This document shows, in pieces, positions 1 through 13,734 of a DNA stretch of 64,000 bases. The notes beneath the pieces are model-generated. The model did not search any database. It saw nothing but the letters and a program-made list of their open reading frames with translations, and was not told the DNA's origin. Origin of the DNA: Squalus acanthias (Eukaryota); assembly GCA_030390025.1 (NCBI GenBank), contig CM059432.1, forward strand, positions 13,828,001 through 13,892,000, written 5' to 3'. Within the stretch, counting starts at the first letter, position 1, and the number at the start of each line of letters is the position of its first letter. The translations under genes were made by a program, and so were the position numbers.

Positions 1-1134
1 CCATTTCTCTTGCTCCACAATTAGTTTGTAATAATGGAGCCTAGTGCATTTTAGGTTAATCTACTCCATTGCCCAAGCCTACTCCGCACATCAGAGATGT
101 TGTTGACTCTTAAATTACAACTGAAGCAGCATCACAAGAGTGCTAGCTCTTAAGCACTTATGCCTGGAATCCAAGATCTCCTACTGTTGTATCTCCATAC
201 TTTTTTTTAAATCAACAAGTCTGTACAGAATACCAATAGCAAAACCTCACATGCCATTTCTCCTGCCTGTGAAACTGCTTTACCCCCTTCTTCTGTGCAA
301 ACACTTAAAAGTGAACTATCATTTTCTGAACTAAGGTTGCTGGAGGATGCAACAGGCTATAGTAAATCTGCAATTTGTGCAAATTTAAGACGTCCGTTTT
401 CCTAGTAATCACCAGACTCAAATGAGAACACCTGTCTCCACCTGAACCCTGGCACCTATTTTTAAAGTCTTTGATACAAAATCAATTATCTTGATGTACT
501 GACATTTAGTTTTCCCCAGGGGTATGAAAGTTATCTTTGATACATCAATGTTTTACTTCAATATGTTTAATAGTCTATTCTTAACCACATATTGTCAAAC
601 TGCAGCTCACTTGTTTATGACAGCATCAGGAAGTTATGAGCAGCCGTACGTTCACATTAAAATCCATGCAGTGAATGATAGGACAGCTCCACGGGGGAAA
701 TTCAAATAATTTTAATGCACACGTGCTAACTTTATTTCTGCACATTTGTACCATTGCACCATGACAGACCACCGACAGCAGCCTGAGACCAGATCAACGA
801 TTCCTTTTCCAATCAGCATGGGCTCTAACAACAAATGCCACTTTTATATTGCAGAACCCAGAGCACCACCAACAATATTGAAGCAACTTATTCAGAAACA
901 GCTAGCAATTTTTAGTTTCTGACAACTGACCTTCCCCACCCGCAATGAACATACCCTTCTTCACAGGCATAGCTAAGGTGGAAAAATAGAATCAATTCTG
1001 CATCAGTATTATATTAAAGCTGTATTGTGTTATATTACTGCATATTAGTGTACAGTATATTGGGTTGAATGCTGCATTATGACAGACCATTTTCAGAGGA
1101 TTTCAAAGTGTGTATGTATGTTAACTCTCAGAAA

Positions 1135-1400
1135 TGTCTCAAAATGCTTCACGTACAATGAATTAATTTGAAGTAGTGACTCTTATGTAGGCAAATGCAG
1201 CAGCCATTTGGTACAAAGAAAGAACCCACAAAGAACAAGATGAAAGACCATTTCGTTAGTGGTATTGGTTATGGAAGGAATGCTACCAACAATACCAATT
1301 GCTGGACTTCGATTAGTGCCAAGGGATCTAGAACTTTCATTTGAACCATCAAAAACAGGCAATGGGGGCTCAATTTATTGTCACATCCAGAAGGCGGTCG
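1135..1400 (-). mobile_element. Degenerate DeuSINE fragment
   Basis: Reverse-complement similarity to the 3' half of 1589-2060. Confidence 0.5.
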
Positions 1401-1454
1401 ATACTCTTTGTGGAACCTGTTTGCGCCAATGAAAGCGATAGAATTGGAGCAACC

Positions 1455-2950
1455 TATTGACATGGGTAGGGAATTTGTTAGGAGGTAGGAGGCAGAGAGT
1501 AACGATAATGGGTATCTACTCCAATTGGCAGGATGTGACTAGTGGTGTCTCCCAGGGATCAGGAGCCTCAGCTTTTCATTATACTTATGAGCAGTAGTCA
1601 GCCATGGCTCAATGCGTAACACACTCCCTCTCTGAATCAGAAGGTTGTGGGCTCAAGTCCCACTCAAGTGACTTGAGCACATAATCAAGGATGACACTAC
1701 AGTGCGGTACTGAAGGAGCGCTGCACTGTCGGAGGTATCGTCTTTCGAACAAGACATTAAAACGAGGCCCCGTCTGCCCTCTCAGGCGGACGTAAAAGAT
1801 CCCATGGCACTATTTTGAAGAAAAGGGGAGTTATCCCCAGTGTCCTGGCCAATATTTATCCCTCAACTGACATCACTTAAACAGATTATATTGTTATCAC
1901 ACCAAAATATTTTGCAGTTTGTGGGGCCTTGCTATGCACAAATTGGCTGCCCCATTTCCTACATTTACAACAGTGGCTACACTTCAAAAGTACTTCATTG
2001 GCTGTAAAGCACTTTGGGACATCCTGAAAGGTACTATATAATGTAAGTTTGTTCTTTCTTTTATCAATGACTTAGATGAAGGAATAGAGAGTCGTATATC
2101 CAAGTTTGCTGACGACACAAGGTTAAGTAGCACAATTTAGTGTAGATGGGAGAAGAAAGTTGCAATGGGGGCATTGATAGATTAAGTGAGTGTGAAAAAC
2201 TGCGGCAGATTCAATGTGGAAAGTGGTCATCCTTTTTGGACCGAAGAAAGGCAGATCAGGAGTATCTTCTAAATGGTGGGAAACTAGGAACTGTGGAAGA
2301 GCAGATAGATTTAGGGTCCCATGTACAGAAATCACTAAAAGCAAGTGGACAAGTACAAAAATTAACTTAAAAGGTTAATGGAATGTTAGTTAGCCTTTAT
2401 CTGAAGGGGGCTGGAATACAAAGGGGTGGAAGTTATGCTACAGTTGTATAAAGCTCGGGTTACAGCACATCTAGGGTACTGCGTTCAGTTTTGGCACTGC
2501 ACCTCAGGAATGATATGCTGGCCTTAGAGGAGGGTGCAGTGTAGATTTAGCAGAGTGATAACAGGGATAAAAGGGTTCAATTATGAGGACAGAATGCATA
2601 GACTAGGCTTGTATTCCCTTGAATATAGAAGACTAAGGGGTGATCTAATTGAGGTGGTGGGGGAGTCTAGAACAAGGGGGTATTACCTTAAAATTAGAGC
2701 TAGGCCGCTCAGAGGTGATGTCAGGAAGCACTTCTTCACACAAAGGGTAGTGGAAATCTGGAACTCTCCTCTCCCAAAAAACTGTTTTGGCTAGATCAAT
2801 TGAAAATTTCAAAACTGAGATTGTTAAATTTTTGTTAGGTATGGGTATTAAGGGATATGGAACCAAGGTGGGTAAAAGAAGTTGAAATACAGATCAGCCA
2901 AATGAATTGCAGAACAGGCTCGAGGGGCTGAATGGCCTACTCCTGTTCCT
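1455..2950 (+). mobile_element. CR1/HER1-like LINE 3' fragment, interrupted by a DeuSINE
   Basis: RT motifs (SGVSQG, SKFADDT, RRLRGDLIEV, FFTQRVV.IWN) and 3' tail GGGCTGAATGGCCTACTCCTGTTCCT. Confidence 0.9.
1589..2060 (+). mobile_element. DeuSINE (SacSINE1-like), near full length
   Basis: tRNA-like head, Deu-domain-like core (AAACGAGGCCCCGTCTGCCCTCTCAGG...AAAAGATCCCATGGCACTAT) and (CTTT)n tail. Confidence 0.85.
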
Positions 2951-4217
2951 ATGCATCCAGAGCATTGCACCTTTGACAATGCAGCATTCTTTGGTGCTAG
3001 ATTATGCTCTGAAATCCTGGAGTTGGTTTTGAACTCTCAACTTTCTGTCTCAGAGGTTAGAGTGTTACAAACTGAGCTAAGGTGGCATTCTGTTCAAAAT
3101 TTGAAAAGTTCCGAACACTCAATACCTTTCCCCAAAGTCATGGTTGAGATGAGGAATACAACTGGAAAAATATCAGCTGTATACCCTTGGCTGAATTTAT
3201 GACAACATACTGGAGTTCTATATAGTGCCATCATGCCATTCTAAAATAATTTTGAAACTATCCAATCATTAACAATTGAAGTCAAAGACAATATAATGTA
3301 GTCACAAAATACAATATACAAAAGTATTGCCTGAAATTTGCTCATCAATTTCCAACTTTGTACAGTCGTATGTAGCTTTGTTGTCCTTGTGTTGTAGGAC
3401 AAGACACTATTGTTAAAATTGTTTTACGGTACCAATTACAATTTCACCCCACGTCACACCAACATTCTATATAGACAACTGGTCTCAACAAATGCGCTAC
3501 ACAGCAATTACTTCAATACAGATCATTAATTCTTTCCATCCGTTATCGATAAATGTAAATGCAAGTAAAAATAGAAATGTCTTATTGCTAAAAGAGAAAA
3601 TAAAAAAAATCTTGAAGAGTAGCTATCATTACATTAGCAGGTGAAGAGTAGGAAAAAAAGTGCACTAAGCTGTTTATATAAACAAGTAAACAGTTATACA
3701 AAGGATACAGCAGTAATATTAGTCATTTTGATTTAACATTTTCAAACGTGAAAAACCTTTTCATATACATTAAAAAACCTAGGTGTAACAAAAATATCTT
3801 GGCAGAGTAACAAGATCCGCAAAATGCAGAGTACTTAATAATGCCAGTGCAGCATGCAGCAGGAATAGTTTAATAGTGTCATGCTTGCACAATTTGTACA
3901 AATGTTAAAATACTGGTAGGAACTATGAAATAATGTACATTTTAAATATTAAATATATAAATATATACAACCTGAGATACAAGATTATTTTGTACTATAC
4001 CGTTTACTATTAAAAAGGACAGGAAAAGACCAGCTGCTCCATAGAGCCTGTTCTATCTCAGCACTGTATAACCCACTCACACCATCACCCCATTCCACCC
4101 CCTCCTCAATCTCTTGGGAGAGGCAAAAAAAAAATTATAACCTACAGAAACAACAAAAAAGTATGGATGACTCATGCTTTTTAAAAAAAAAAGCAGCTGT
4201 GCCAATTTCACCGAAGT

Positions 4218-4862
4218 ATGTCATCGCAAGGCAGAAAAGTTGCCTTGACAGATGACAACTGTGGGGTTCATATGAAATACCGGCGCCTAAATGCACTGGA
4301 GCTAATATTTCTACTGCTAGACTGACATCTATAATCCAACTAATAGATGCTGGCGTGCCATTTATGTTGGATGTTTGCAGGGGAGTGGCTGAAGACACTC
4401 CTTTGCCAACTGCTTTCAGCATTATAAATTCATCCTACCAAAGGAGGAAGCAGCTGCATTGGACAGAGTCGAGGATCCCACACAGGCACTGATACAAACT
4501 CAAAAACACTGAACGTCTGAGTTCTCTGTTGTGACTGCCAGCAGACGCGAGTTTTGATTCCATTGCAGTGTTGATGAGGGATCATTATGACTAGTAGTTA
4601 TTTATGCTATGCCAGAGGCTGCTGCTGTGGAAGTGATTGAGGAACAGTCCCAAGCGAGTGGGTCCAGTGTGTAGACGGATGTAGAGGAACCACCACAGCC
4701 ATCATGTCTAATTTTGTACAACTGCTGATGAAATTTCTGACAACTAAGCCAGATGTCCCAATGATACATTTCACTGCACTAAATATAATTGACAATTTTG
4801 TGGACAAGGGTGCTGTGAGCAGGAAGCAACCCACAATCACCAAGTATTTTGTAGAATTGTAA
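4218..4862 (+). mobile_element. Tigger/pogo (DDE_1) transposase fossil
   Basis: Frameshifted peptides GRKVALTDDNCGVH...LNALELIFL / TSIIQLIDAGV / FANCF / KQPTITKYF match the pogo motifs RKILLLVDNCPAH, TSLIQPMDQG, IANCF and KQTTITDYF. Confidence 0.7.
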
Positions 4863-6424
4863 TTTATATAATTGTAAAATTAAAATTGTATAAATCTAAT
4901 AATAGATCATTTTAAATTTTTGAACAGAAAACAACCTTGAATGAACAGGAGTTGAATGTACCAGCATTTACACAGTACACTGTCAGGTAAGCTGAAGAAT
5001 AGCAGAGGGAGGATTTTTTTCTTAATCTTCATGCATTACTCGGAGTTCCCAGATACACACCAACATTATGCACAGACATGGATAATTAATTCAGGTTTCA
5101 AACTCTATTCTTCTTACCAATTTTTGATCTTGCCTTGTTCCATAAATTGCAAACCACTTGGCCACTTGGCATTAATACTGCACTAGTATTAAAAATAAGC
5201 ACTGGATTTGCAAGCTAATTTGCTAAATTGGAAATCTTTCTGGAATACTAAACAACCCAAACTTAAGAAAATGCACCTGTGCTTCCAGCTGGCTATAACG
5301 CACCCCCCCCCCCCCCCCCCCACCCCAACAAAGTCGTTCATCTATGTCATCAAGCAATTTACAGTTCCGGAGTTTATTATTCACAAAAACAACCATGTGA
5401 GCTTCACTTCTGAATCCTATGCGTCAACAAACATACGCTCTACCTACTCTGCATGATTTCCCAGTCAATGGGTTACTCTACTTATTTTGGCTGCTGCATG
5501 GAGACTGGGTGAACAAAAATGAATCCAAACACAGAGAAATAAAATCCCCATTTAATTTAACCTTTCTTTAAAGCTAGACCCATCCGGCTGTCATATGTGG
5601 AGGAAAACGAAAAAAGGCAACCACAGGAAGAGGAGCCAGGCATGAAAAGGTGGGTTTCCCAACCAGCTTTGTAAACCACCCATAAACTAAACAAGGTGGT
5701 TCAAAGTGCAGCAGGCAAAAAGAAGCAAATTCAGAAGTCAATTCCACCAAACACTTTTTAATACTAACAGTGCAAATGCCAAGATATTGAGCTCCTCACA
5801 TTAACAAAAGTCTAAGAAATATACAATTGCATTGTGTCCTGTACTGCAGGCAAAGATTCTGATTTTGCATTTATATTACAGAATCACTTCTGTAATAGTC
5901 TAAGGCTGCTAATGTTGTGAAATGCACCCAGCTGCTTTTGCAGAACATATTCCCTAGCACCAGAAAAAACCCAATTGTGCAGCCACAAGCCGTCAAAGAG
6001 TTGTTTTGAAGTCATACTTGGTAATCTGGACCTGTGGAAGATCGACGCAGACCAGCAAAAGAAAAACTGCTTGCTGACATGCACACTATGGCCAGAAAAG
6101 ATAGACTGCATTACCTCCAGCTATTGCTTCCAGCTGCACCACAAAACCCACTTCTTTAGTTGAACTTTGGCACCTCCGGAAAACAGCAGCACGGCCTCAT
6201 TTACTTCACCACACTGCTGCCGAGGCCAAGGCTGCTGTCAGCAATGCAAGGTAAATGTAGCTCTACGAACAACCTTACTAAGTTAAAGCACAATCCATCA
6301 CACACACACATTAAATCAATGCGTTTCCAATAGCTTCAACATATGGCATTTGCAATATATTGCTGAATTTATTACTTGTGTAACAACAGAAGTTTACACC
6401 TATCTGTCTTCACCGGTTAGACCC

Positions 6425-7873
6425 AAGAACATAAGAAATAAGAGCAGGAGTAGGCCATTCGGCCCCTCGAACCTGCTCCGCCATTCAATAAGATCATGGC
6501 TGATCTTCTACCTCAACTCCACTTTCCTGCACTATCCCCATATCCCTCGATTCCATTAATATCCAAAAATCTATCGATCTCTGTCTTGAATATACTCAAC
6601 GACTGAGCCTCCACAGCCCTCTGGGGTAGAGAATTCCAAAGATTCACAAGCCTCTGAGTGAAGAAATTTCTCCTCATCTCAGTCCTAAATGGCCGACCCC
6701 TTATTCTGAGTCTGTGACCCCTGGTTATAGACTCCCCAGCCAGGGAAACATCCTCCCTGCATCTACCCTGTCAAGCCCTGTAAGAATTTTGTATGTTTCA
6801 ATGAGATCACCTCTCATTCCTCTAAACTCCAGAGAATATAGGCCTAGTCTACTCAATCTCTCCTCAGAGGACAATCCCCCCATCCCAGGAATCAGTCTGG
6901 TGAACCCTTATTGCACTCCCTCTATGGCAAATAGATCCTTCCTTAGGTAAGGAGACCAAAACTGTACGCAATACTCCAGATGTGGTCTGACCAGGGCCCT
7001 ATATAATTGCAGTAAGACGTCTTTACTCTTATACTCAAATCCTCTTGTAATAAAGGCCAACATACCATTTGCTTTCCTAATTGCTTGCTGTACCTGCATG
7101 TTAACGATCAGTGATTTGTGTACAAGGACACCCAGGTCCCTCTGAACACCAACATTTCCCAATCTCTCACCATTTAAAAAATACTCTGCTTTTCTATTTT
7201 TCCTACCAAAGTGGATAACTTCACATTATATTCCATTTGCCATGTTCTTGCCCACTCACTTAGCCTGTCTATATCCCCTTGAAGCCTCTTTGCATCCTCC
7301 TCACAACTTACATTCCCACCTAGCTTTGTATCATCAGCAAACTTGGATATTACATTTGGTCCCCTCATCCAAATCATTTGATATAGATTGCGAATAGCTG
7401 AGGCCCAAGCACTGACCCTTGCGGTACCCCACTAGTTACAGCCTGCCAACCCAAAAATGACCCGTTTATTCCTACTCTATTTTCTGTCCGTTAACCAATC
7501 CTCAATTCATGCTAGCATATTACCCCCAATCCCATGAGCCCTAATTTTATTTAATAACCTCTTGTGTGGCACCTTATCGAATGCCTTCTGAAAATCCAAA
7601 TAACCACATCTACTGGTTCCCCCTTCTCTATTCTGCTAGTTACAGCCTCAAAAAACTAACAGATTCATCAAACATAATTTCCCTTTCAGAAATCCATGTT
7701 GACTCTGCCCAATCCTATTATTATTTTCTAAGTGCCCTGTTACCACATCCTTAATAGATTCTAGCATTTTCCCTACTACTGATGTCAGGCTAACTGGTCT
7801 GTAGTTCCCCGTTTTCTCTCTCCCTCCTTTCTTAAATAGTGGGGTTACATTTGCTACCTTCCATTCCACGGGA
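6425..7873 (-). mobile_element. CR1/HER1-like LINE, 5'-truncated, relatively young
   Basis: ORF fragments WKVANVTPLFKKG..NYRPVSLTS, SKFADDTKLGG and LVRPHLEYCVQFWSP; tail repeat AAGAACATAAGAA. Confidence 0.95.
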
Positions 7874-8014
7874 ACCTGTTGGGCTGAATGGCCTGTTTCT
7901 GTGCTGTAAATTATCTGTACTATTGTGGAAGCACCATCAGGTACTGTAGCGGTTCAAGAAGGTTGCCCACCAATACATTCTCAGAGCAATAGGTATAGAC
8001 AATAAATGTGGCTT

Positions 8015-9540
8015 TAAAGACATAGAATAGTACAGCACGGAAGGAGGCCATTAGGCCCATCAAGTCTGCGCCGGCTTTTTCAAAGAGCAATCCAGCTGGT
8101 TCCATCCCCGGCTCTTTCCCCATATCCTTGCAATTTTTTCTCCTTCAAGCATTTATCCAAAAACCCTTTGAAAGCCACTATTGAATCTCTTTCCACTACC
8201 CTATCAGGTAGTGCATTCCAAATCCCAACCATTCGTTGCTTAAAAAAGGTTTTCCCTCATGTCACCTCTGGCAAAAAAAGCAAAAGAACCAATCACCTTA
8301 AATTGTGCCCTTTGGTTATCGACCCTTCAGCATTGAAAATAGTTTCTCTGTATTATTCTATCTAAACCCTTCATGATTTTCAACACCTCTATCAAATCTC
8401 CTCTTAGCCTTCTCGGCTCCAAGGAGAACAAACCCAGCTTTTCTAGTCTGTCCATGTAACTGCAATCCCTTTTCCCTTGAATCATTCTAGTAAATCACTT
8501 CTGTACCCTCTCCAAAGCCTTCACGTCCTTCCTAAAGTTTAGCAGAACTTCCTAGCTTGTGTTTTATATAGGTTTAGCAGAACTTCCTAGCTTTTGTACA
8601 CTATGGGCTGGATATTAACTCGGAAGCGGGGAGGGAACTGGATTGGGAAACCCAGAGGAACGGGGTTCCCTCAGGTCCTGCTGAATTTAACAGCAGGACC
8701 TGATCACCATTTTTTGTCTCCGTTTCCCGGCCGCAGCCAGCCAGATTGAGGGGCTGGCTGGTTATCGGGCGGGTAGGCCTTCGGCACCAGGCCATAGCCA
8801 GGGTGCAGAGAGTAGGGAGGTAGGGATTGGAGAGGCTGGAGCAGGGGGAGGAAGATGAGAGTCTGGAACCAGGCAACATTGGAGGCCGGAGCAGGGGGGG
8901 TGATCGGAGTCCAGAGGCCACAAGGAAGATCGGAAGCCAGAGGCCACAAGGAAGATCGGAAGCCGGGATGAGCGGAGTCCAGAGGCCAGAGCAAGGGGAA
9001 GGATCGGGGGGTGAGAATGGAGGCGATCGGAAGAGTGGTGGTAAGGTGGGGTTGGGATGTCCGATCGCAAAGGGGGTGGGGGGGGGGGGGGGGAGCCGGG
9101 TGTGAAGCAGGCAAGCTGGATCCAGCAGGTAAGTGAAAACACACTTACCTCCTGGATCCAGCACTCCTCTTCCCTTTAGCTGCCAGGTTTCCCCGAGGCT
9201 CAGGAAACCCGGCTGGCCAGGGTTAAAATGGCGGTTAAATATGAGGCACGCAGCCTCATTAGAATATTTAAATTGCCAACCAGCCTCTTGCGAGAGGTTT
9301 GGTTGCCCGCCCCCTGTCCCGCCTCCGTTAAAGTGGGCAGGTTGGAGGCGGGATTCAGATTTTAAAATTTTTAACATCCCACCCGACCCCAACTCACCCG
9401 TTTCTGGGGTTAAAATTCCCCCCCATGCCTCTATTTATAAAGCCCAGGATCCCATATGCATTATAACTGGTTTGTTAACCTGTCCTGCCACCTTCAAAGA
9501 TTTGTGCACAAACACCCCAGGTCTCTCTGTTCTTGCACCT
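8015..9540 (-). mobile_element. CR1 LINE 3' fragment (host of the 8605-9423 MITE)
   Basis: Tail CATAGAATAGTACAGCACGGAAGGAGGCCATT; similar to 63335-63912. Confidence 0.85.
8605..9423. mobile_element. Non-autonomous TIR element (Harbinger-type MITE) inserted in a CR1
   Basis: TIRs GGGCTGGATATTAAC and GTTAAAATTCCCCCC; it splits the CR1 motif CTTTTGTACWCTAT|GCCTCTATTTATAAAG (intact at 63881); flanks are tat/cat. Confidence 0.8.
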
Positions 9541-9854
9541 AACACATGAAAAGATAGGAAAAAAACAGCTGGTCCATCAAGCCTACCCTGTTGTGTTATG
9601 GTGTAACTTCTGTATACCATCACCCCTAACCGCACTCTCTCCCATGCAATCTCCTGGGACAGGCAAATGAAAAACCAGAGAAAAATGTTAGGCCAAATAA
9701 GGAAAATTTCTGGGAATTCCTCTCCAAACCCCAAAAGTAATCAAGTATGTTTCAGAGACCATGGTGGATATGTTTACCACTCTCAAGAACTTTTTTTAAT
9801 TTTAATCTTTCATTACACTACAATCCTTTTCATTATCAGAGATGCCACCTTTAT

Positions 9855-10058
9855 AAAACTCCCTCTGCCAAAAAGGCAGAGGGATGCTGGGTCAATTGAA
9901 ATTTTCAAGACTGAGATTGATAGATTTTTGTTAGGTAAGGGTATCAAGGAATATGGAACAAAGATGGGTAAATGGACTTTAGGTACACAGCAGTCATGAT
10001 CTAACTGAATGGTCGAACAGGCGCGAGAGGCTAAATGGCCTACTCCTGTTCCGATGTA
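9855..10058 (+). mobile_element. CR1 3' end
   Basis: FKTEIDRFLLGKGIKEYG followed by the GGCTAAATGGCCTACTCCTGTTCC tail. Confidence 0.85.
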
Positions 10059-10339
10059 ATAAAACATTCTAGGATTTAATTGTCTCTACTACTTGAGCTG
10101 TTCTGCTTCTCCCAGGCTACGTGAAAATTAAAATCTCCCACTAAAACATGGATTTTAACTACAGGCTTACCTGATCTCCATATTTATATCCCCCCAAACC
10201 AGCCACACTGTCAGGAAGTTGGTCAGTAAACAACTTCCAGCAGTCTTGCATCCTTTGCTGTTCCTTAGTTTTACCCAGTGTTTTCACTATGATCACGCTT
10301 ACTGAAATCCTTTCGTTCTACTGCTGGAATTGTGTCTTT

Positions 10340-13140
10340 TATCAATATTGCTACTCTCCGCCCTTTTCCAATTTCCCTGTCTATAGATTCTATAGCCTGG
10401 AATATTTAGCTTCCAGTCATGCACAGCTTGTAGTAAGATCTTTGTACCCTTTAAGCTGAATTTATGCTTCTAACTAATGTGTTTTATTTCTTATACTACG
10501 AGCATTTGTGTACAGAACTCTTATTTAGGTGGCTGTCCCCACCCTGTCCATATGTCGTAATGGTGTTTTTCGCACTTTTTGATTCATCACACTTTTGTTG
10601 TTCATGCTCTGTAAACTGACTAAAGCGTCAATTTAATATATTCTTATTTTTCATCACTCCTGCTTTATTGTTAACAAGTATTTTATTATTACTTTCAGTT
10701 CCTTAAGTATTTATGTTATCTTGATCACTTTTTATACTCTGACCTTTGTTCTTATCCTTTCTTTTTCTTATCTTTAAGTTATTTCCACCCTGACCCTCAT
10801 CTGCCTGTTACTGGCTTAAACATTATCTAGTCCTATTTATCCCTTCCACAAAGACCTTGGTTCCAGCCCGGTTCAGGTGGATCCCATCCCAGCAGTACAG
10901 CTCCTTCCTGTTCCAGCACTGGTGCCAGTGTCACATGAAATAGAACCCCTCTTTCCCAGAGGCATGCATTTACTTTTCGGATATGTTTATCCCTATGCTA
11001 ATTAGCACATATCTCGGATAGTAATCCAGAGATTACCACCCACGAGGTCCTGTGTTTTAATTTAGCTCCTAGGTCCTGACACTCTCTTAGCATGACTTTC
11101 GTCCTGTCATTAGTTCAGACATGGATCATGATAACTGGTTCATCCCCCTCCCTTTCCAGTTGCTTGGCAACATCCCTCCCCTGGCAACGCCCATTCCTGG
11201 ACTCTAGATCGCAACTGCAGAGAATACCCTCTTTCTCCATTATTATTGAATCTTTTACAACTACAACTTTTCTGTTTTGCATCTTCCCCCCGCACTCTTG
11301 AACTGCCCCACACTCCACAGTGCCTTGGTTAACATTCTGGCCATCCTCCTCGCAGTCTTGTTTCTCATCACCACAGGTAGCAAGTACATTGTACCTGTTT
11401 AACAGGACCAGTTTCTGCAGTTCCTTCTTTTCTGTCTCCGCTAGGCTCTCCCTTGCCTTCTGATTATGTCATACACTCCTCTTCCTATAACTTTAAAAAA
11501 AAAAATCATTCTGGGGATTGAGAGGTTGCTGGCATGGCTGGCAGGTGGTGATCCACCTTCTTGAACCGCTGCAGTCCGTGTGGTGAAGGTGCTCCTACAA
11601 TGCTGTTAGGGAGGGAGTTACAGGATTTTGACCCAGCAACAATGGAAGAATGGTGATATATGCCCAAGTCAGGATGAAGTGTGATGGTGTTCTCATGCAT
11701 GTGCTGCCCTTGCCCTTCTAGGTGGTGTTCGCAGGTTTGGGAAGTGCTGCCAAAGAAACCTTGGTGATTTGCTGCAGTGCATCCTGCAAATAGTACACAC
11801 TGCAAACATGATATGCCAATGGTGGAGGAAATGGAAGTTTAAGCCAGTGAATGGGGTGCCAATCAAGCAGACTGCATTGTCCTGGACAGTGTCAAGACTG
11901 AGTGTTATTGAAGCTGCATCCAACCAGGAAATTGGAGAGTATTCTATCATACTCCAGGTTTGTGCCTTGTAGGTGGTGGAAAGCCTTTGTGGATGACCTC
12001 AAGTTTATGGAGGGTGGAAGGTGGAAGGCCGGCCATGAGTACGTTGGAATAATGAAGTCTAACGGTAACAAAGGCATAGATGAGGGTTTCAGCAGCAGGT
12101 GAGCCGAGGCAGAGGTGGAGTCACGCGATGTTATGGAGGTGGAAATTAGTGGTTTTAGTGATGGCATGGATATATATATTCTCCCCCAGGATGTTGATGG
12201 TGGGGAACTCAGCAATGGTAATGCCACTGAATGTCATGGGGAGGTGGTTAGGCTCTCTCTTGTTGGAAATGGTCATTGCCTGTCACACATAGTACGAATA
12301 TTACTTGCCACTTATCAGCCCAAGCCTGGATGTTATCCAAGTCTTGCTGCATTTAGGCATGCACTGCTTCATTATGCAGAATTATGAATGGAGCTGAACA
12401 CTGTGCAATGATCAACAAACAGCCTCACTTCTGCCCTTATGATGAAGGGAAGGTCATTGATGAAGCAACTGAAGATAGTTGGGCCTAGGACACTGCCCTG
12501 AGGAACTCCTGCAGCGATGTCCTGGCGTGAGATGATTGCCTTGTACAACATACACAACCATCTTCCTTTGTGCCAAGAATGACTCCAATTTTACTAGGGC
12601 TCCTTGGTGCCACAGTCAAATGCTGCCTTGATGTCAAGAGCAGTCACTTTCACCTCACCTAAATTCAGCTTTTGTTTTAATGTTTGGACCTCTCTATGTT
12701 GTGTGATGGTGTTCTGGAGTAAACTATCTATATATTCCTCCCCCTTCCTTATGCATCGGAGTGTCTCCAACTCACGCTCCAGATTAACAACTGAGTTGGA
12801 GTGACTCAACATAGACATTTTCCACAAGTGTGGTTATTCTGGACAGGCTCACTGTCCACAAATTCCCACATACTGCAGTCCTGATACACTGCCTCTTCTG
12901 CTATTATCGATATTACTGTAAGGCACACCACTTTCTCATTTCTGAGCATTTCAGATTGTTGAATTTTTTAATAAACATTTTTGCAAAATGCATCCTTAAA
13001 GCTATTGTCTCAGATTTTTTGTTTGTATATCGGAACTAATTTTGAATTCTCAAATATATATTTCTTGCTCTATGGTTTTAATTTCTTCTAGAAATCCATT
13101 TGAGCAATGTATCGTTTGTCTGCAGCTGCCGCTGCTCTCC
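10340..13140 (-). mobile_element. Old CR1 5' region (ORF1: zinc-finger/coiled-coil and esterase relics), split by younger insertions
   Basis: CSMWEFV...HTCGKC and LERELETLRCIRKGEEYID (about 12690-12900); VVVVKDSII...EPVIMIHV (about 11100-11300). Confidence 0.7.
11505..12680 (-). mobile_element. Second CR1-superfamily LINE family (fragmented, includes a short L2-like piece at about 11990-12170)
   Basis: [26 protein letters not shown] and ALDIKAAFD; same family as 52035-53580. Confidence 0.85.
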
Positions 13141-13734
13141 ACTCTCTGCCCCTGGAATTCTTGCCAATCATGGACAGAAAACCTGTTCCAACATGGTGAT
13201 TAGCACTGGGAGCATTTTTTTAAATTTGTTCTTGGGAAGTTGGTAATGCTGGTGGGGAATGTAGAGGGATGAAAGTATCAGAGGGCCACTAGCCTAACAC
13301 ATAGTTTAAGGGGTCTTTTTTTAAAACTTCGCAAAAGTGTAGACTTTTAGGAGATATGATTGCGGTCTATAAAATAATGAAAAGACGGTCCAAAAGGATA
13401 GGCTATTTGAGCTAGAGGGCAGAAAACAAGTTGGAAAAAAATTAAAGTTAGAGGCATCCCTTTTTTCTAGAAATCATACTGATGTAATATGAAGTTCTAC
13501 TTCAGTATTGACTGGGTAGCCCATCATATCCATTCATGAGGTCACTGAAACAGAATTTCATGACATTATATTGGGCAATGCTCCACCAAATGTCTGCTTT
13601 CCAGACAGCCTCTACTGTCGCTTGCACTGTGAAACTTAACTTTCTCCAGACACAAGTAAATTTCTTTTCCCACAACTGTTGATTAAAAGCTCACCATGCC
13701 ATAGTTAACCCTGGCCTCAAAATTAGCAAAATCT

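Noticed and set aside
5540..6260. Possible old DNA-transposon or coding relic
   Set aside because: The composition looks non-random, but no motif could be assigned with confidence.
8601..9549. 263-aa and other overlapping ORFs
   Set aside because: They lie within a GC-rich MITE with internal repeats; no protein homology recognised.
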